Origin: an uncultured Gammaproteobacteria bacterium
Lineage (GTDB): Bacteria > Patescibacteriota > Patescibacteriia > UBA11705 > JABHMO01
Reading direction: 5' to 3'
NCBI GenBank assembly: GCA_964486065.1
Contig: CAZAKN010000005.1
Coordinates: 60 to 64,059, forward strand
DNA: 64,000 nucleotides
Shown here: piece by piece, positions 55,757 through 64,000 of the stretch
How positions within the stretch are numbered: the stretch's first letter is position 1
Layout: every line of letters starts with the position of its first letter
Position numbers and translations under genes: made by a program
The notes under the pieces: generated by a model
Database searches by the model: none
Seen by the model: only the letters and a program-made list of their open reading frames with translations
What the model was told of the DNA's origin: nothing

Positions 55757-57544
55757 TTATTTACGATAATTTTTATTGCGATCATTTTTTGTTAAATATT
55801 TTTTTCTTAATCTTATGTTTAGTGGAGTTACTTCCAAATATTCATCATCTTTCATAATTCCCAAACCTCTTTCAATGGTAATTTTGAAAGGCGGTGTTAA
55901 GTTTATCGCTTCATCGGATCCGGAAGCTCGCATATTGGTCAGGTGTTTCCCTTTTATGGGATTTACTTCCATATCGTTTCCTTTGGTAACATTTCCAATG
56001 ACCATGCCTTCATAAACATTGGTATTGGCTTCAATAAATAAGGTGCCTCTATTTTGTAAATTGAATAAAGAAAAACCCAAAGCCTTACCAGTAGCCATGG
56101 AAATCATTGAACCTGTGTCGGTTTTTTCAATATGTCCCACATATGGTTTGAAGCCGATCATTCTACTACAGAAAATTCCTTCACCTTTGGTGTCAACAAC
56201 AAATTCCGTGCGATAACCGAGTAAACCGCGGACGGGTATCTCAAATATTATTCTGGAGCGATCATTTTTAGAAGTCATATTTGTTAAAATTCCTTTTCTT
56301 TTTGACATTTTTTCAATAATAGCTCCGGACATATTATCCGGTACATCAATAGTAACTTCTTCAAACGGTTCATGTTTTATTCCATCAATTTCCTTGATAA
56401 TAACATTTGGTTGAGACACTTGAAGTTCATAGCCTTCTCTTCTCATATTTTCAAGTAAGATGGCAATATGCAATTCTCCGCGACCAAGGACTTTATAGTG
56501 GGTTGTTTCATTAAAATCTATTTTTAATCCCACATTAACTTCAAGTTCTTTTTCCAATCTTTCTTTTAATTTACTATTTGTAACATGTTTTCCTTCTCTG
56601 CCCGCAAAAGGAGAATCATTTACAAAAAAATTTAATGAGATAGTCGGTTCGTCAATTGAAATATGAGGTAGCGCTTTTTGTTTTTCGTTTTCGCAAATTG
56701 TTTCTCCAATAAAAATATCAGGTAGTCCGGCAAGCATAACAATTTCTCCTGCTTTTGCTTCGGGAACTTCTTTTCTTTCCAGTCCATGAAAAGTAAAAAG
56801 CTTGGTAATTTTTCCCGTTCTATTTTCGTCATCTTCATTGATGATTGTTAAGAGTTGTCCTTTGGAAATTTTCCCTTCATAAATTCTGCCAACCGCTAAT
56901 CTGCCAAGAAAATTATCATAAGCTAAATTAAAAGGTTGTAATCTGAGTTGTAGGTTTTCTTTTTCCGGAGAAGACGCCGGTTGTACATAGTCTAAAATTG
57001 TATCAAGGATCGGCATGAGATTTTCCCCTTGCTCTTCTTTTTTCTTGGTAGCAATGCCTTCTCTTGCTATTGCATAAAGAGTTGGAAAGTTTAATTGTTC
57101 ATCAGTTGCTTCAAGATCAAGAAAAAGTTCATAGACCATTTCTTCCACTTCTTTTATTCGTGCTGCCGGTTTATCAATTTTATTTATTACAACAATAGGT
57201 TTTAAACCAAGTTCTAAAGATTTTTTTAAAACAAATCTGGTTTGAGGCATGGGACCTTCTTGCGCATCAACAACAAGAAGGACAGAATCAATTGACCTTA
57301 AAACTCGCTCCACCTCAGAACCAAAATCAGCATGGCCGGGAGTATCCACGATATTTATTTTCGTATCTTTATAAATTACGGAAGTGTTTTTTGAATAAAT
57401 GGTAATTCCTCTTTCTTGCTCAAGTTTATCGCTATCCATACTTTGGCCTTCTTCGCACATTCCGGTTTGTTTCATTAAAGCGTCTGTTAAAGTTGTTTTT
57501 CCGTGATCCACATGAGCAATAATCGCGATGTTTCTGATATCCAT
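55757..57544 (-). CDS. typA: Translational GTPase TypA/BipA
   Basis: [25 protein letters not shown]1 motif, [13 protein letters not shown]. 595 aa, collinear with BipA. Confidence 0.9.
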   Translation of the reverse strand: MDIRNIAIIAHVDHGKTTLTDALMKQTGMCEEGQSMDSDKLEQERGITIYSKNTSVIYKDTKINIVDTPGHADFGSEVERVLRSIDSVLLVVDAQEGPMPQTRFVLKKSLELGLKPIVVINKIDKPAARIKEVEEMVYELFLDLEATDEQLNFPTLYAIAREGIATKKKEEQGENLMPILDTILDYVQPASSPEKENLQLRLQPFNLAYDNFLGRLAVGRIYEGKISKGQLLTIINEDDENRTGKITKLFTFHGLERKEVPEAKAGEIVMLAGLPDIFIGETICENEKQKALPHISIDEPTISLNFFVNDSPFAGREGKHVTNSKLKERLEKELEVNVGLKIDFNETTHYKVLGRGELHIAILLENMRREGYELQVSQPNVIIKEIDGIKHEPFEEVTIDVPDNMSGAIIEKMSKRKGILTNMTSKNDRSRIIFEIPVRGLLGYRTEFVVDTKGEGIFCSRMIGFKPYVGHIEKTDTGSMISMATGKALGFSLFNLQNRGTLFIEANTNVYEGMVIGNVTKGNDMEVNPIKGKHLTNMRASGSDEAINLTPPFKITIERGLGIMKDDEYLEVTPLNIRLRKKYLTKNDRNKNYRK

Positions 57545-57615
57545 ATTTAAAAATTTCTAAATTTAGGCTAAATAAGTGGCTTAATAATAATTTTTTTAGA
57601 GTAGAATGTCAAATG

Positions 57616-58887
57616 TTAGCTTCGTTTTTTGCGTCTTCCGGGCCGTTTGTGGCCAGACCTTTTCCAAGAGTTTGTATTAGACCGCTTATTTTTCTTAGAT
57701 GTTTTTGCTGATTTCCACTGGGGACGACCAGAGTGTTTATTTCTATTTCCTTTTCTATCATTAATAAATTTTTCTGGACCACTATTTATAGTAATGGATT
57801 TTTTAATTACTTTTTCTACACTTAACAGTTTAAATTTTTCATCCGGTTCTATAAATGAAATTGCTTTACCATTTTTACCGGCTCTACCGGTTCTCCCAAC
57901 TCTATGTACATAGTCTTCTGAACAGTCTGGTAAGTCAAAATTTATAACAATTGAGATATCATTAATATCTAAACCTCTAGAAGCAACATCTGTAGCTACC
58001 AGAACTTTGAATTTACCTGATTTGAAACCGTTTAATGCATTTTTTCTTTGAGCTAGAGATCTATCAGAATGCATTTCAATTGCAGTAAATCCTTTACATC
58101 TTAACGCGCGTGAAACTTTTTTAGCTTTGTGTTTAGTTCTGGTAAAAACAAGAATACTACCAGAATTTTCTTTTATTGTTTTTTCTAATAAATCCAACTT
58201 ATTTGAAGCAGAAACTATATAAGCTTCTTGTTTAACATTTTTAGCACTTGTACCGGCAGGAGAAACTTCGATTCTGATTGGGTTATTCATGTATTTTTCA
58301 GATAGATTTGAAATTTCTGTTGGCATAGTTGCAGAGAACAGCATAGTTTGTCTTTGTTCGGGAACAGATTTAAGAACTTCCTTGATCTGAGGCATAAACC
58401 CTATATCAAGCATTCTATCAGCTTCATCAAGTACTACAATGCTGATGTTTCTAAGACTTACATTTTTTTGATGTAGATGATCAATCATTCTACCAGGGGT
58501 AGCAATGATAATTGATGGATTTTTTCGTAAGGCTATTTTTTGTGAACGAGAAGACACTCCTCCGATTAAGAGAGCAGTGTTAATTCTAAATCGTCTTCCT
58601 AGGTCGGATAATACTTGATTTACTTGTATGGCTAATTCTCTGGTTGGCAACATTATTAAACATTGGCTTTTATTTTTTCTAATTTGTTCTATAACTGGTA
58701 AACCAAAAGCTAGGGTTTTGCCTGTACCTGTTTGAGCAATCCCTACAATGTCTTTGCCTTCAAGACCAATAGAAATACATTTAGCTTGAATTGGCGTTGG
58801 ATTAATTAAGTTTTGGTTTTTCAAGATCTTTAAAAGATCGATTGAAATACCAAGATCACCAAAAGTGATTGAATCATTTTGCATCAT
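57616..58887 (-). CDS. DEAD-box ATP-dependent RNA helicase
   Basis: Q-motif/PTPIQ, AQTGTGKT, DEAD, SAT, HRVGRTGRAG motifs. Basic C-terminal tail. Confidence 0.85.
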   Translation of the reverse strand: MMQNDSITFGDLGISIDLLKILKNQNLINPTPIQAKCISIGLEGKDIVGIAQTGTGKTLAFGLPVIEQIRKNKSQCLIMLPTRELAIQVNQVLSDLGRRFRINTALLIGGVSSRSQKIALRKNPSIIIATPGRMIDHLHQKNVSLRNISIVVLDEADRMLDIGFMPQIKEVLKSVPEQRQTMLFSATMPTEISNLSEKYMNNPIRIEVSPAGTSAKNVKQEAYIVSASNKLDLLEKTIKENSGSILVFTRTKHKAKKVSRALRCKGFTAIEMHSDRSLAQRKNALNGFKSGKFKVLVATDVASRGLDINDISIVINFDLPDCSEDYVHRVGRTGRAGKNGKAISFIEPDEKFKLLSVEKVIKKSITINSGPEKFINDRKGNRNKHSGRPQWKSAKTSKKNKRSNTNSWKRSGHKRPGRRKKRS

Positions 58888-59074
58888 ATATATTTTCTGT
58901 AACCCGATTTCCGACTAGGTGACAGATATGACACAAAAGTGGTTCGAGTCATTACATTCCGTAAAAGGAATGTAATATGTAATAAGACTTAAGTATAGAA
59001 CAAAAATATGGCATTGTCAATACATAGCTTTTTATAGATTGACCTGATTTTTATTAACATTATAATAGGTATGT

Positions 59075-60832
59075 ATGTCATTGTTGTTGCAAGTGAATAA
59101 AGTCTCAAGATCATATAATCAGCAGGTCGTTTTGGATCAAGCGAGTTTTACTGTTGGTTCAAAACAAAAGATAGCGGTAATTGGACGAAACGGTACCGGT
59201 AAAACAACTTTGTTTAAAATTATAACCGGACAGGAAAAGGCGGATGACGGAGAAATAATTTTTGGCCAAGATCTGCTTATAGGCTATTTAAAACAAGAGT
59301 CTGATTTTCGAGAAGAAGATACTGTTTTATCATATTTAATGAGAGAAAGTGATAAGGAGGAATGGGAATGTTCTAAAATTGTTTCTCAATTTGAACTTAA
59401 AAATGAAAAGTTGAATGAGCAAATAAAAAGTTTGTCTGGAGGATACCAGATGAGGGTGAAATTGAGTTTGATGTTATTAAAGAATCCTAATTTAATATTA
59501 CTTGATGAACCAACTAATTATCTTGATCTAAGTACGATGTTGTTATTGGAAAAATTTTTAATTAATTATCGCGGTGCGTATTTAATCATTTCTCATGATA
59601 GGAAATTTATCGGAAATACTTGCAATGAAATAATTGAACTTGAAAGAGGTAAGGCTCATTATTTTCCCAATACATTGGAACATTATTTTGCGCATAAAAA
59701 GGAAAAATTGGAGGGAGCGGAAAAATTCAATAAAAAACAAGAAAGAAGAAAGCAACATTTACAGAAATTCATTGATAGATTTGGCGCTAAGGCGACTAAA
59801 GCAAAACAAGCAAAATCAAAAGAAAAACAAATTGAAAAAATAGAAAAAATTAGCATTGGGCAACCTCTGTCAATGGTGCGTATGCGGATTAAAGATGCGA
59901 AAACCGACAATGGTTTTGCTTGGCGATTAGATAAATTGGCCATAGGTTATGGGGAAAAAGTTATTGCGGATGATATTTGCATTGATATTGAAAGAGCTTC
60001 TCGTTTTGCCGTCCTTGGTGATAATGGTCAAGGGAAGAGTACTTTTTTGAGAACTCTAGCCGAAGAAATCCCAATCATTGCCGGTAAATATAAAAAGTTG
60101 GCGAATCTAAAAGTAGCTTATTATGCGCAACATGTTGCGGAAAATTTAAATAACAAAGAAACTGTAAAACAACATTTGGAGCGATCCGCGGATTTTAATT
60201 ATACTGATGAAGATATTTTTAAAATGGCTGGAAATTTTCTTTTCCATGATGATGATTTGGAAAAACCAATATACATTTTGTCCGGCGGAGAAAAAGCAAG
60301 ATTGTGTTTAGCCGGTATTTTATTAAACCAAAATGATGTTTTACTTTTGGACGAACCAACCAATCATCTTGATTTTGAAACGGTTGAAGTCTTGGCTCGT
60401 TCTTTGGCAAGGACCAATGTTACGATTTTATTCATAAGTCATGATCGGACATTTATTAACCTATTGGCAACGCGCATATTGGAAGTAAAGAATGGCAAGG
60501 TTAAATATTTTAGCGGATATTTTTCAGATTATGTGGAACATTTGACAAAAAAAGAATTAATAACAGAAACAGACAATAATACGAATAATTTTGATTTGGC
60601 AAAAGAACAAAAGCGATTAATTTATGAAAAAGAAAAGGAGATAAAAAGAGAATTGGATAAAATTGAAAAAATGTTGGACAACATCTGTCACGAGCAAGAT
60701 GTTTTATTGATAAAATTTGAAAATAATCCCATCAATCCGAAAATTGAATGGGGGAAACGATTAAAAGAATTGGATGAAAAAAAACAAGAGCTTGAGGAAC
60801 AGTGGTTGGAGATAAGTAAAAAGATAGTATAA
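59075..60832 (+). CDS. ABC-F family ATPase (tandem ABC domains, no TM; translation/antibiotic-resistance factor type)
   Basis: Two Walker A sites (GRNGTGKTT, GDNGQGKST), two ABC signatures (LSGGYQMR, LSGGEKARL), and an inter-domain linker with K/E-rich helix. Confidence 0.85.
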   Translation: MSLLLQVNKVSRSYNQQVVLDQASFTVGSKQKIAVIGRNGTGKTTLFKIITGQEKADDGEIIFGQDLLIGYLKQESDFREEDTVLSYLMRESDKEEWECSKIVSQFELKNEKLNEQIKSLSGGYQMRVKLSLMLLKNPNLILLDEPTNYLDLSTMLLLEKFLINYRGAYLIISHDRKFIGNTCNEIIELERGKAHYFPNTLEHYFAHKKEKLEGAEKFNKKQERRKQHLQKFIDRFGAKATKAKQAKSKEKQIEKIEKISIGQPLSMVRMRIKDAKTDNGFAWRLDKLAIGYGEKVIADDICIDIERASRFAVLGDNGQGKSTFLRTLAEEIPIIAGKYKKLANLKVAYYAQHVAENLNNKETVKQHLERSADFNYTDEDIFKMAGNFLFHDDDLEKPIYILSGGEKARLCLAGILLNQNDVLLLDEPTNHLDFETVEVLARSLARTNVTILFISHDRTFINLLATRILEVKNGKVKYFSGYFSDYVEHLTKKELITETDNNTNNFDLAKEQKRLIYEKEKEIKRELDKIEKMLDNICHEQDVLLIKFENNPINPKIEWGKRLKELDEKKQELEEQWLEISKKIV

Positions 60833-60839
60833 TATAAGT

Positions 60840-62078
60840 ATGATAAAAAAATATAATTTAGCGGTAATCGGTGGCGGTCCTGCCGGAATGATAGCGTCGG
60901 GAAGAGCTGGGACAAATGGTTTCGGTGTTGTTTTGCTTGAGAAGAATGATCGTTTGGGTGTTAAATTATCAATTACAGGTAAAGGAAGGTGTAACATTAC
61001 AAATGCGGAAGAAAATTTGCGAAAAATGATAGAGGCATATGGAAAAAATGGTAAATTTTTGTTTTCAGTATATAATTATTTTTCAAATTCAGATGTAATT
61101 GATTTTTTTGAAGAAAGAGATCTTAAGACAAAAGTTGAAAGAGGGGGTAGGGTTTTTCCTGTGTCAGATAAATCAGTTGATGTGCTGAATTGTTTAATTA
61201 AGTATTTAAAAAAAGGAAAAGTACAAGTCCAAACTAAGACGGAAGTTAAGAAAATTGTTTTGAAGAAAAATAAAATTGAGAAAATAATTTTAACAAATAA
61301 TCAGGAAATTATTGCAGATAATTATTTGATAGCAACCGGAGGTAAGTCTTATCCCGTAACGGGATCAACCGGCGATGCTTATAAATGGTTACAAGAATTG
61401 GGGCATGCTATTGTTCCTCCGAAGGCTGTATTAACGCCAATAATCGTAAAGCAAGATTTTGTTAAAAGGCTGGAAGGATTAAGTTTGAAAAATGTGGAAA
61501 TAAGTTTGTGGGGAAAGAAAAAAATAGCTTCTAAGTTCGGCGAAGCAATTTTTACGGCTAATGGTTTAAGTGGGCCGATTATTTTGGATCTTAGTAAAAT
61601 TGCGCGCGAGTCAAAAGAAAAAGATATGAAAATTAATATTGATTTTAAACCGGCTCTTGATTATTCTGTTTTGGATAAACGATTATTAAAAGATTTTGAA
61701 GAATATAAAAATAAGAAATTTATAAATAGTTTGGATAAATTATTGCCGAAAAAAATAATTCCAATCATTGTCAAATTATCCGGTGTGGATGGAGCAAAAA
61801 AAGTTTGTGATATTACTAAACAGGAGCGTAAAAAAATAGTAAAATTATTAAAGCAATTTGAATTAAGTTATGAAAAAAATGCCGGATTTGAAAAAGCGAT
61901 CGTTACGGCCGGTGGGGTGAGTTTAAATGAAATTGATCCAAAAACCATGAAATCAAAAATAATTGAAAATTTATATTTTGCGGGAGAAGTTATTGATTTA
62001 GATGGTCCAACCGGTGGATATAATTTACAAGTGGCTTGGAGTACCGGCTACTTGGCGGGTGATAATATGTTCAATTAA
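60840..62078 (+). CDS. HI0933-family FAD-dependent oxidoreductase (aminoacetone-oxidase-like flavoprotein)
   Basis: N-terminal Rossmann motif YNLAVIGGGPAGMIA. C-terminal GGY..Q..W..G motif typical of the HI0933 family. Confidence 0.7.
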   Translation: MIKKYNLAVIGGGPAGMIASGRAGTNGFGVVLLEKNDRLGVKLSITGKGRCNITNAEENLRKMIEAYGKNGKFLFSVYNYFSNSDVIDFFEERDLKTKVERGGRVFPVSDKSVDVLNCLIKYLKKGKVQVQTKTEVKKIVLKKNKIEKIILTNNQEIIADNYLIATGGKSYPVTGSTGDAYKWLQELGHAIVPPKAVLTPIIVKQDFVKRLEGLSLKNVEISLWGKKKIASKFGEAIFTANGLSGPIILDLSKIARESKEKDMKINIDFKPALDYSVLDKRLLKDFEEYKNKKFINSLDKLLPKKIIPIIVKLSGVDGAKKVCDITKQERKKIVKLLKQFELSYEKNAGFEKAIVTAGGVSLNEIDPKTMKSKIIENLYFAGEVIDLDGPTGGYNLQVAWSTGYLAGDNMFN

Positions 62079-62086
62079 TTTTTTTA

Positions 62087-62118
62087 AAACCCGCTACCGA
62101 AAGGTAGCGGGTTTTTTA
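62087..62118 (+). terminator. Rho-independent terminator (aaacccgctacc gaaa ggtagcgggttttt)
   Basis: 12-bp perfect stem with GAAA tetraloop and T-run. Confidence 0.6.
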
Positions 62119-62212
62119 TGGAGTTCTAAGTCAATACAAAATTTTACAAAGAAAAAACGCTAAGTTAGTAAATAAGTTAGCGTTTTTCTATGGAGTTTTT
62201 TAGTATGGGAAG

Positions 62213-62800
62213 TTAGGATTTACTTTTTATCGCAATAGCCTCCATTCCGACCTTGCCCTTCCAATATTTGAAGTGAACTATTCTAAATCCATTTTTTCTA
62301 AGTAATTCCTCAAAAGTTTTTTTGGTTATCATTTTTCTAGTAGATCCTCGTAATTCATACTCATAATCTTTTCTTTTATCTGATGGTGTAGCAGTAATAT
62401 AAAGGATTCCTCCTGGTTTAAGAAGAGAGTATATTTTTTTAATAACTGCTGATGATTCTTTGAGTGGGATATATTTAAAAGCTTTTGAGAACCAAACACC
62501 GTCAAATTTTCGTTTAGATGAAAAAGCTTTGATTGAAGATTGTTTAAAAGTAGTATTTGGGTGTTTTGCCTTTTTCTTAGCCAACTTAATAATTTCAGCG
62601 GTGATATCAATTCCCAGTATGTTGTGACCCTTTTTAGCAAGGAATAATGAGTCTTGTCCTCCACCACAGGCAAGATCTAGGATTGAAGATTGAGAAGGAA
62701 GGTGTTTTAAAAATTTGTTTAAACCTGGTACATTATACATCTCTTTGTAGCTTTCATTAACAAATTTTACAACTTCTTTTTGGGGAAATTTAAAAGTCAT
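62213..62800 (-). CDS. Class I SAM-dependent methyltransferase
   Basis: Motif I ILDLACGGGQDSLFLAKKGHNILGIDI. Post-I acidic residue and motif II pattern. Confidence 0.7.
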   Translation of the reverse strand: MTFKFPQKEVVKFVNESYKEMYNVPGLNKFLKHLPSQSSILDLACGGGQDSLFLAKKGHNILGIDITAEIIKLAKKKAKHPNTTFKQSSIKAFSSKRKFDGVWFSKAFKYIPLKESSAVIKKIYSLLKPGGILYITATPSDKRKDYEYELRGSTRKMITKKTFEELLRKNGFRIVHFKYWKGKVGMEAIAIKSKS

Positions 62801-62901
62801 AAAAGATTATTATTAATATTTGTATATGTTGATTATATCATAAAGTTCTAACTTGCTTTAGGGGTAAAGAAAAAAACAGCTAAAATAAGCTGTTCTTTTC
62901 C

Positions 62902-62976
62902 TGGAGCGGGTAAGGGGGATCGAACCCCTATCATCTGCTTGGAAGGCAGAGATAATAGCCATTATACGATACCCGC
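62902..62976 (-). tRNA. tRNA-Gly (anticodon UCC)
   Basis: Reverse complement reads GCGGGTATCGTATAATGGCTATTATCTCTGCCTTCCAAGCAGATGATAGGGGTTCGATCCCCCTTACCCGCTCCA. Anticodon loop CTTCCAA. Confidence 0.85.
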
Positions 62977-62977
62977 A

Positions 62978-63054
62978 TGGTGGGCGCGGGAGGAATTGAA
63001 CCTCCGACCTCTACATTATCAGTGTAGCGCTCTAACCAACTGAGCTACGCGCCC
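62978..63054 (-). tRNA. tRNA-Ile (anticodon GAU)
   Basis: Reverse complement reads GGGCGCGTAGCTCAGTTGGTTAGAGCGCTACACTGATAATGTAGAGGTCGGAGGTTCAATTCCTCCCGCGCCCACCA. Anticodon loop CTGATAA. Confidence 0.85.
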
Positions 63055-63156
63055 TGAATTATTTACTGTTCAAATTTAGATTATTATATTTATTGCGCAC
63101 TGTTTAGAATCTAGATTGTATGGTTTGCCATGAATTTGAGCAATGTGACTATTGCA

Positions 63157-63233
63157 TGGTCGGGGCGGAGGGACTCGAACCCTCGACCTCATGCTCCCAA
63201 AGCACGCACGCTAGCCAACTGCGCCACGCCCCG
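63157..63233 (-). tRNA. tRNA-Pro (anticodon UGG)
   Basis: Reverse complement reads CGGGGCGTGGCGCAGTTGGCTAGCGTGCGTGCTTTGGGAGCATGAGGTCGAGGGTTCGAGTCCCTCCGCCCCGACCA. Anticodon loop TTTGGGA. Confidence 0.8.
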
Positions 63234-63357
63234 AAGTTAGTATTTTCTTGGTTCATTCGACTTCGGGACAAGCCTTTTGTTATGGCTTGATGAATGTTGA
63301 GCTTAAACGCCGAATGTTTTCCGATATATCATTAATTTATGCGAAGCAAAGATTTCA

Positions 63358-63432
<75 letters not shown>

Positions 63433-63484
63433 TGATATTATTACCAGAAATTAATTGCCAATTTTGAGATTCGTAACTAGTTTC

Positions 63485-63561
63485 TGGTGGGTCCTCTGGG
63501 ATTCGAACCCAGGACGCCCAGCTTAAAAGGCTGGCGCTCTAACCGACTGAGCTAAGGACCC
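63485..63561 (-). tRNA. tRNA-Lys (anticodon UUU)
   Basis: Reverse complement reads GGGTCCTTAGCTCAGTCGGTTAGAGCGCCAGCCTTTTAAGCTGGGCGTCCTGGGTTCGAATCCCAGAGGACCCACCA. Anticodon loop CTTTTAA. Confidence 0.85.
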
Positions 63562-63663
63562 TTGAGTTACAGATTTTGTTTAAGTTCGGGGTGAACCTAT
63601 TATTCAAACAAAGTTGCATGGTTTACCAAGTACCGGTAGCCGACAAAATCGGCAAACGGTACC

Positions 63664-63740
63664 TGGTGGGTGACAAGGGATTCGAACCCCTGACCCCTTC
63701 GGTGTAAACGAAGTGCTCTAACCAGCTGAGCTAGTCACCC
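63664..63740 (-). tRNA. tRNA-Val (anticodon UAC)
   Basis: Reverse complement reads GGGTGACTAGCTCAGCTGGTTAGAGCACTTCGTTTACACCGAAGGGGTCAGGGGTTCGAATCCCTTGTCACCCACCA. Anticodon loop TTTACAC. Confidence 0.85.
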
Positions 63741-64000
63741 ATGAATAATTATAAAAATGTATGCTTAGTATAGCAAGGAAAATATTAATTTTCAAGTGTT
63801 TTTGTGCGTTAAATATGGAAAAATTATAACAAAAGCAAAATCGATTTGCAAGGATGAAAAGATAATAAAATAAAAAATTCGGCATAAAGCCGAATTTTTA
63901 TATTTAACAACAAAGCAGTAATGGAAAGAGCTTGAAACTGTTCAGAATGAACAGATCATCGACCGATTATTGATAGAAAATTAACGAGAATCCTATCAAA

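Overview
Low-GC, small-gene bacterial chromosome segment whose gene content (many small secreted or membrane proteins and a VirB2/TrbC-like pilin paralog array) suggests a CPR/Patescibacteria-like organism; this lineage call is inference only. ORFs read intact under the standard genetic code. The window spans the replication-origin neighbourhood. dnaN and dnaA lie on the minus strand and are flanked by AT-rich intergenic regions containing DnaA-box-like 9-mers. These are followed by rpmH, an inserted small basic ORF plus a tandem-GGDEF protein, then rnpA and yidD. Other contents include two tRNA clusters, all on the minus strand: tRNA-Leu(TAA) and tRNA-Gly(GCC) near 14.4 kb, and six tRNAs (Gly-TCC, Ile-GAT, Pro-TGG, Phe-GAA, Lys-TTT, Val-TAC) at 62.9-63.7 kb. 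There are several cell-envelope genes: a 1142-aa LamG/PG-binding surface protein, SpoIID, an FG-GAP/L,D-transpeptidase fusion, PBP1A, and a Wzx-flippase/GT4/O-antigen-ligase-like trio. Housekeeping genes include ruvB, cmk, galU, yebC-ruvC, smc, typA, a DEAD-box helicase and an ABC-F ATPase. Two accessory blocks stand out. The first (35.6-39.6 kb) is a tandem array of nine paralogous small signal-peptide/two-TM proteins of the VirB2/TrbC-like (T4SS-pilin-like) type, with evidence of recent gene conversion between neighbours. The second (42.1-47.1 kb) is a cluster of a PKD/multi-TM protein, a RimK-like ATP-grasp ligase fused to a retropepsin-like (Zn_protease/DUF785) domain, and two truncated cyanophycin-synthetase-like ATP-grasp enzymes, which I predict to be a peptide/poly-amino-acid ligation system. 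A PAS/HD-GYP phosphodiesterase plus the tandem GGDEF protein indicate c-di-GMP signalling. No CRISPR arrays, rRNA genes or transposases/integrases were recognised.
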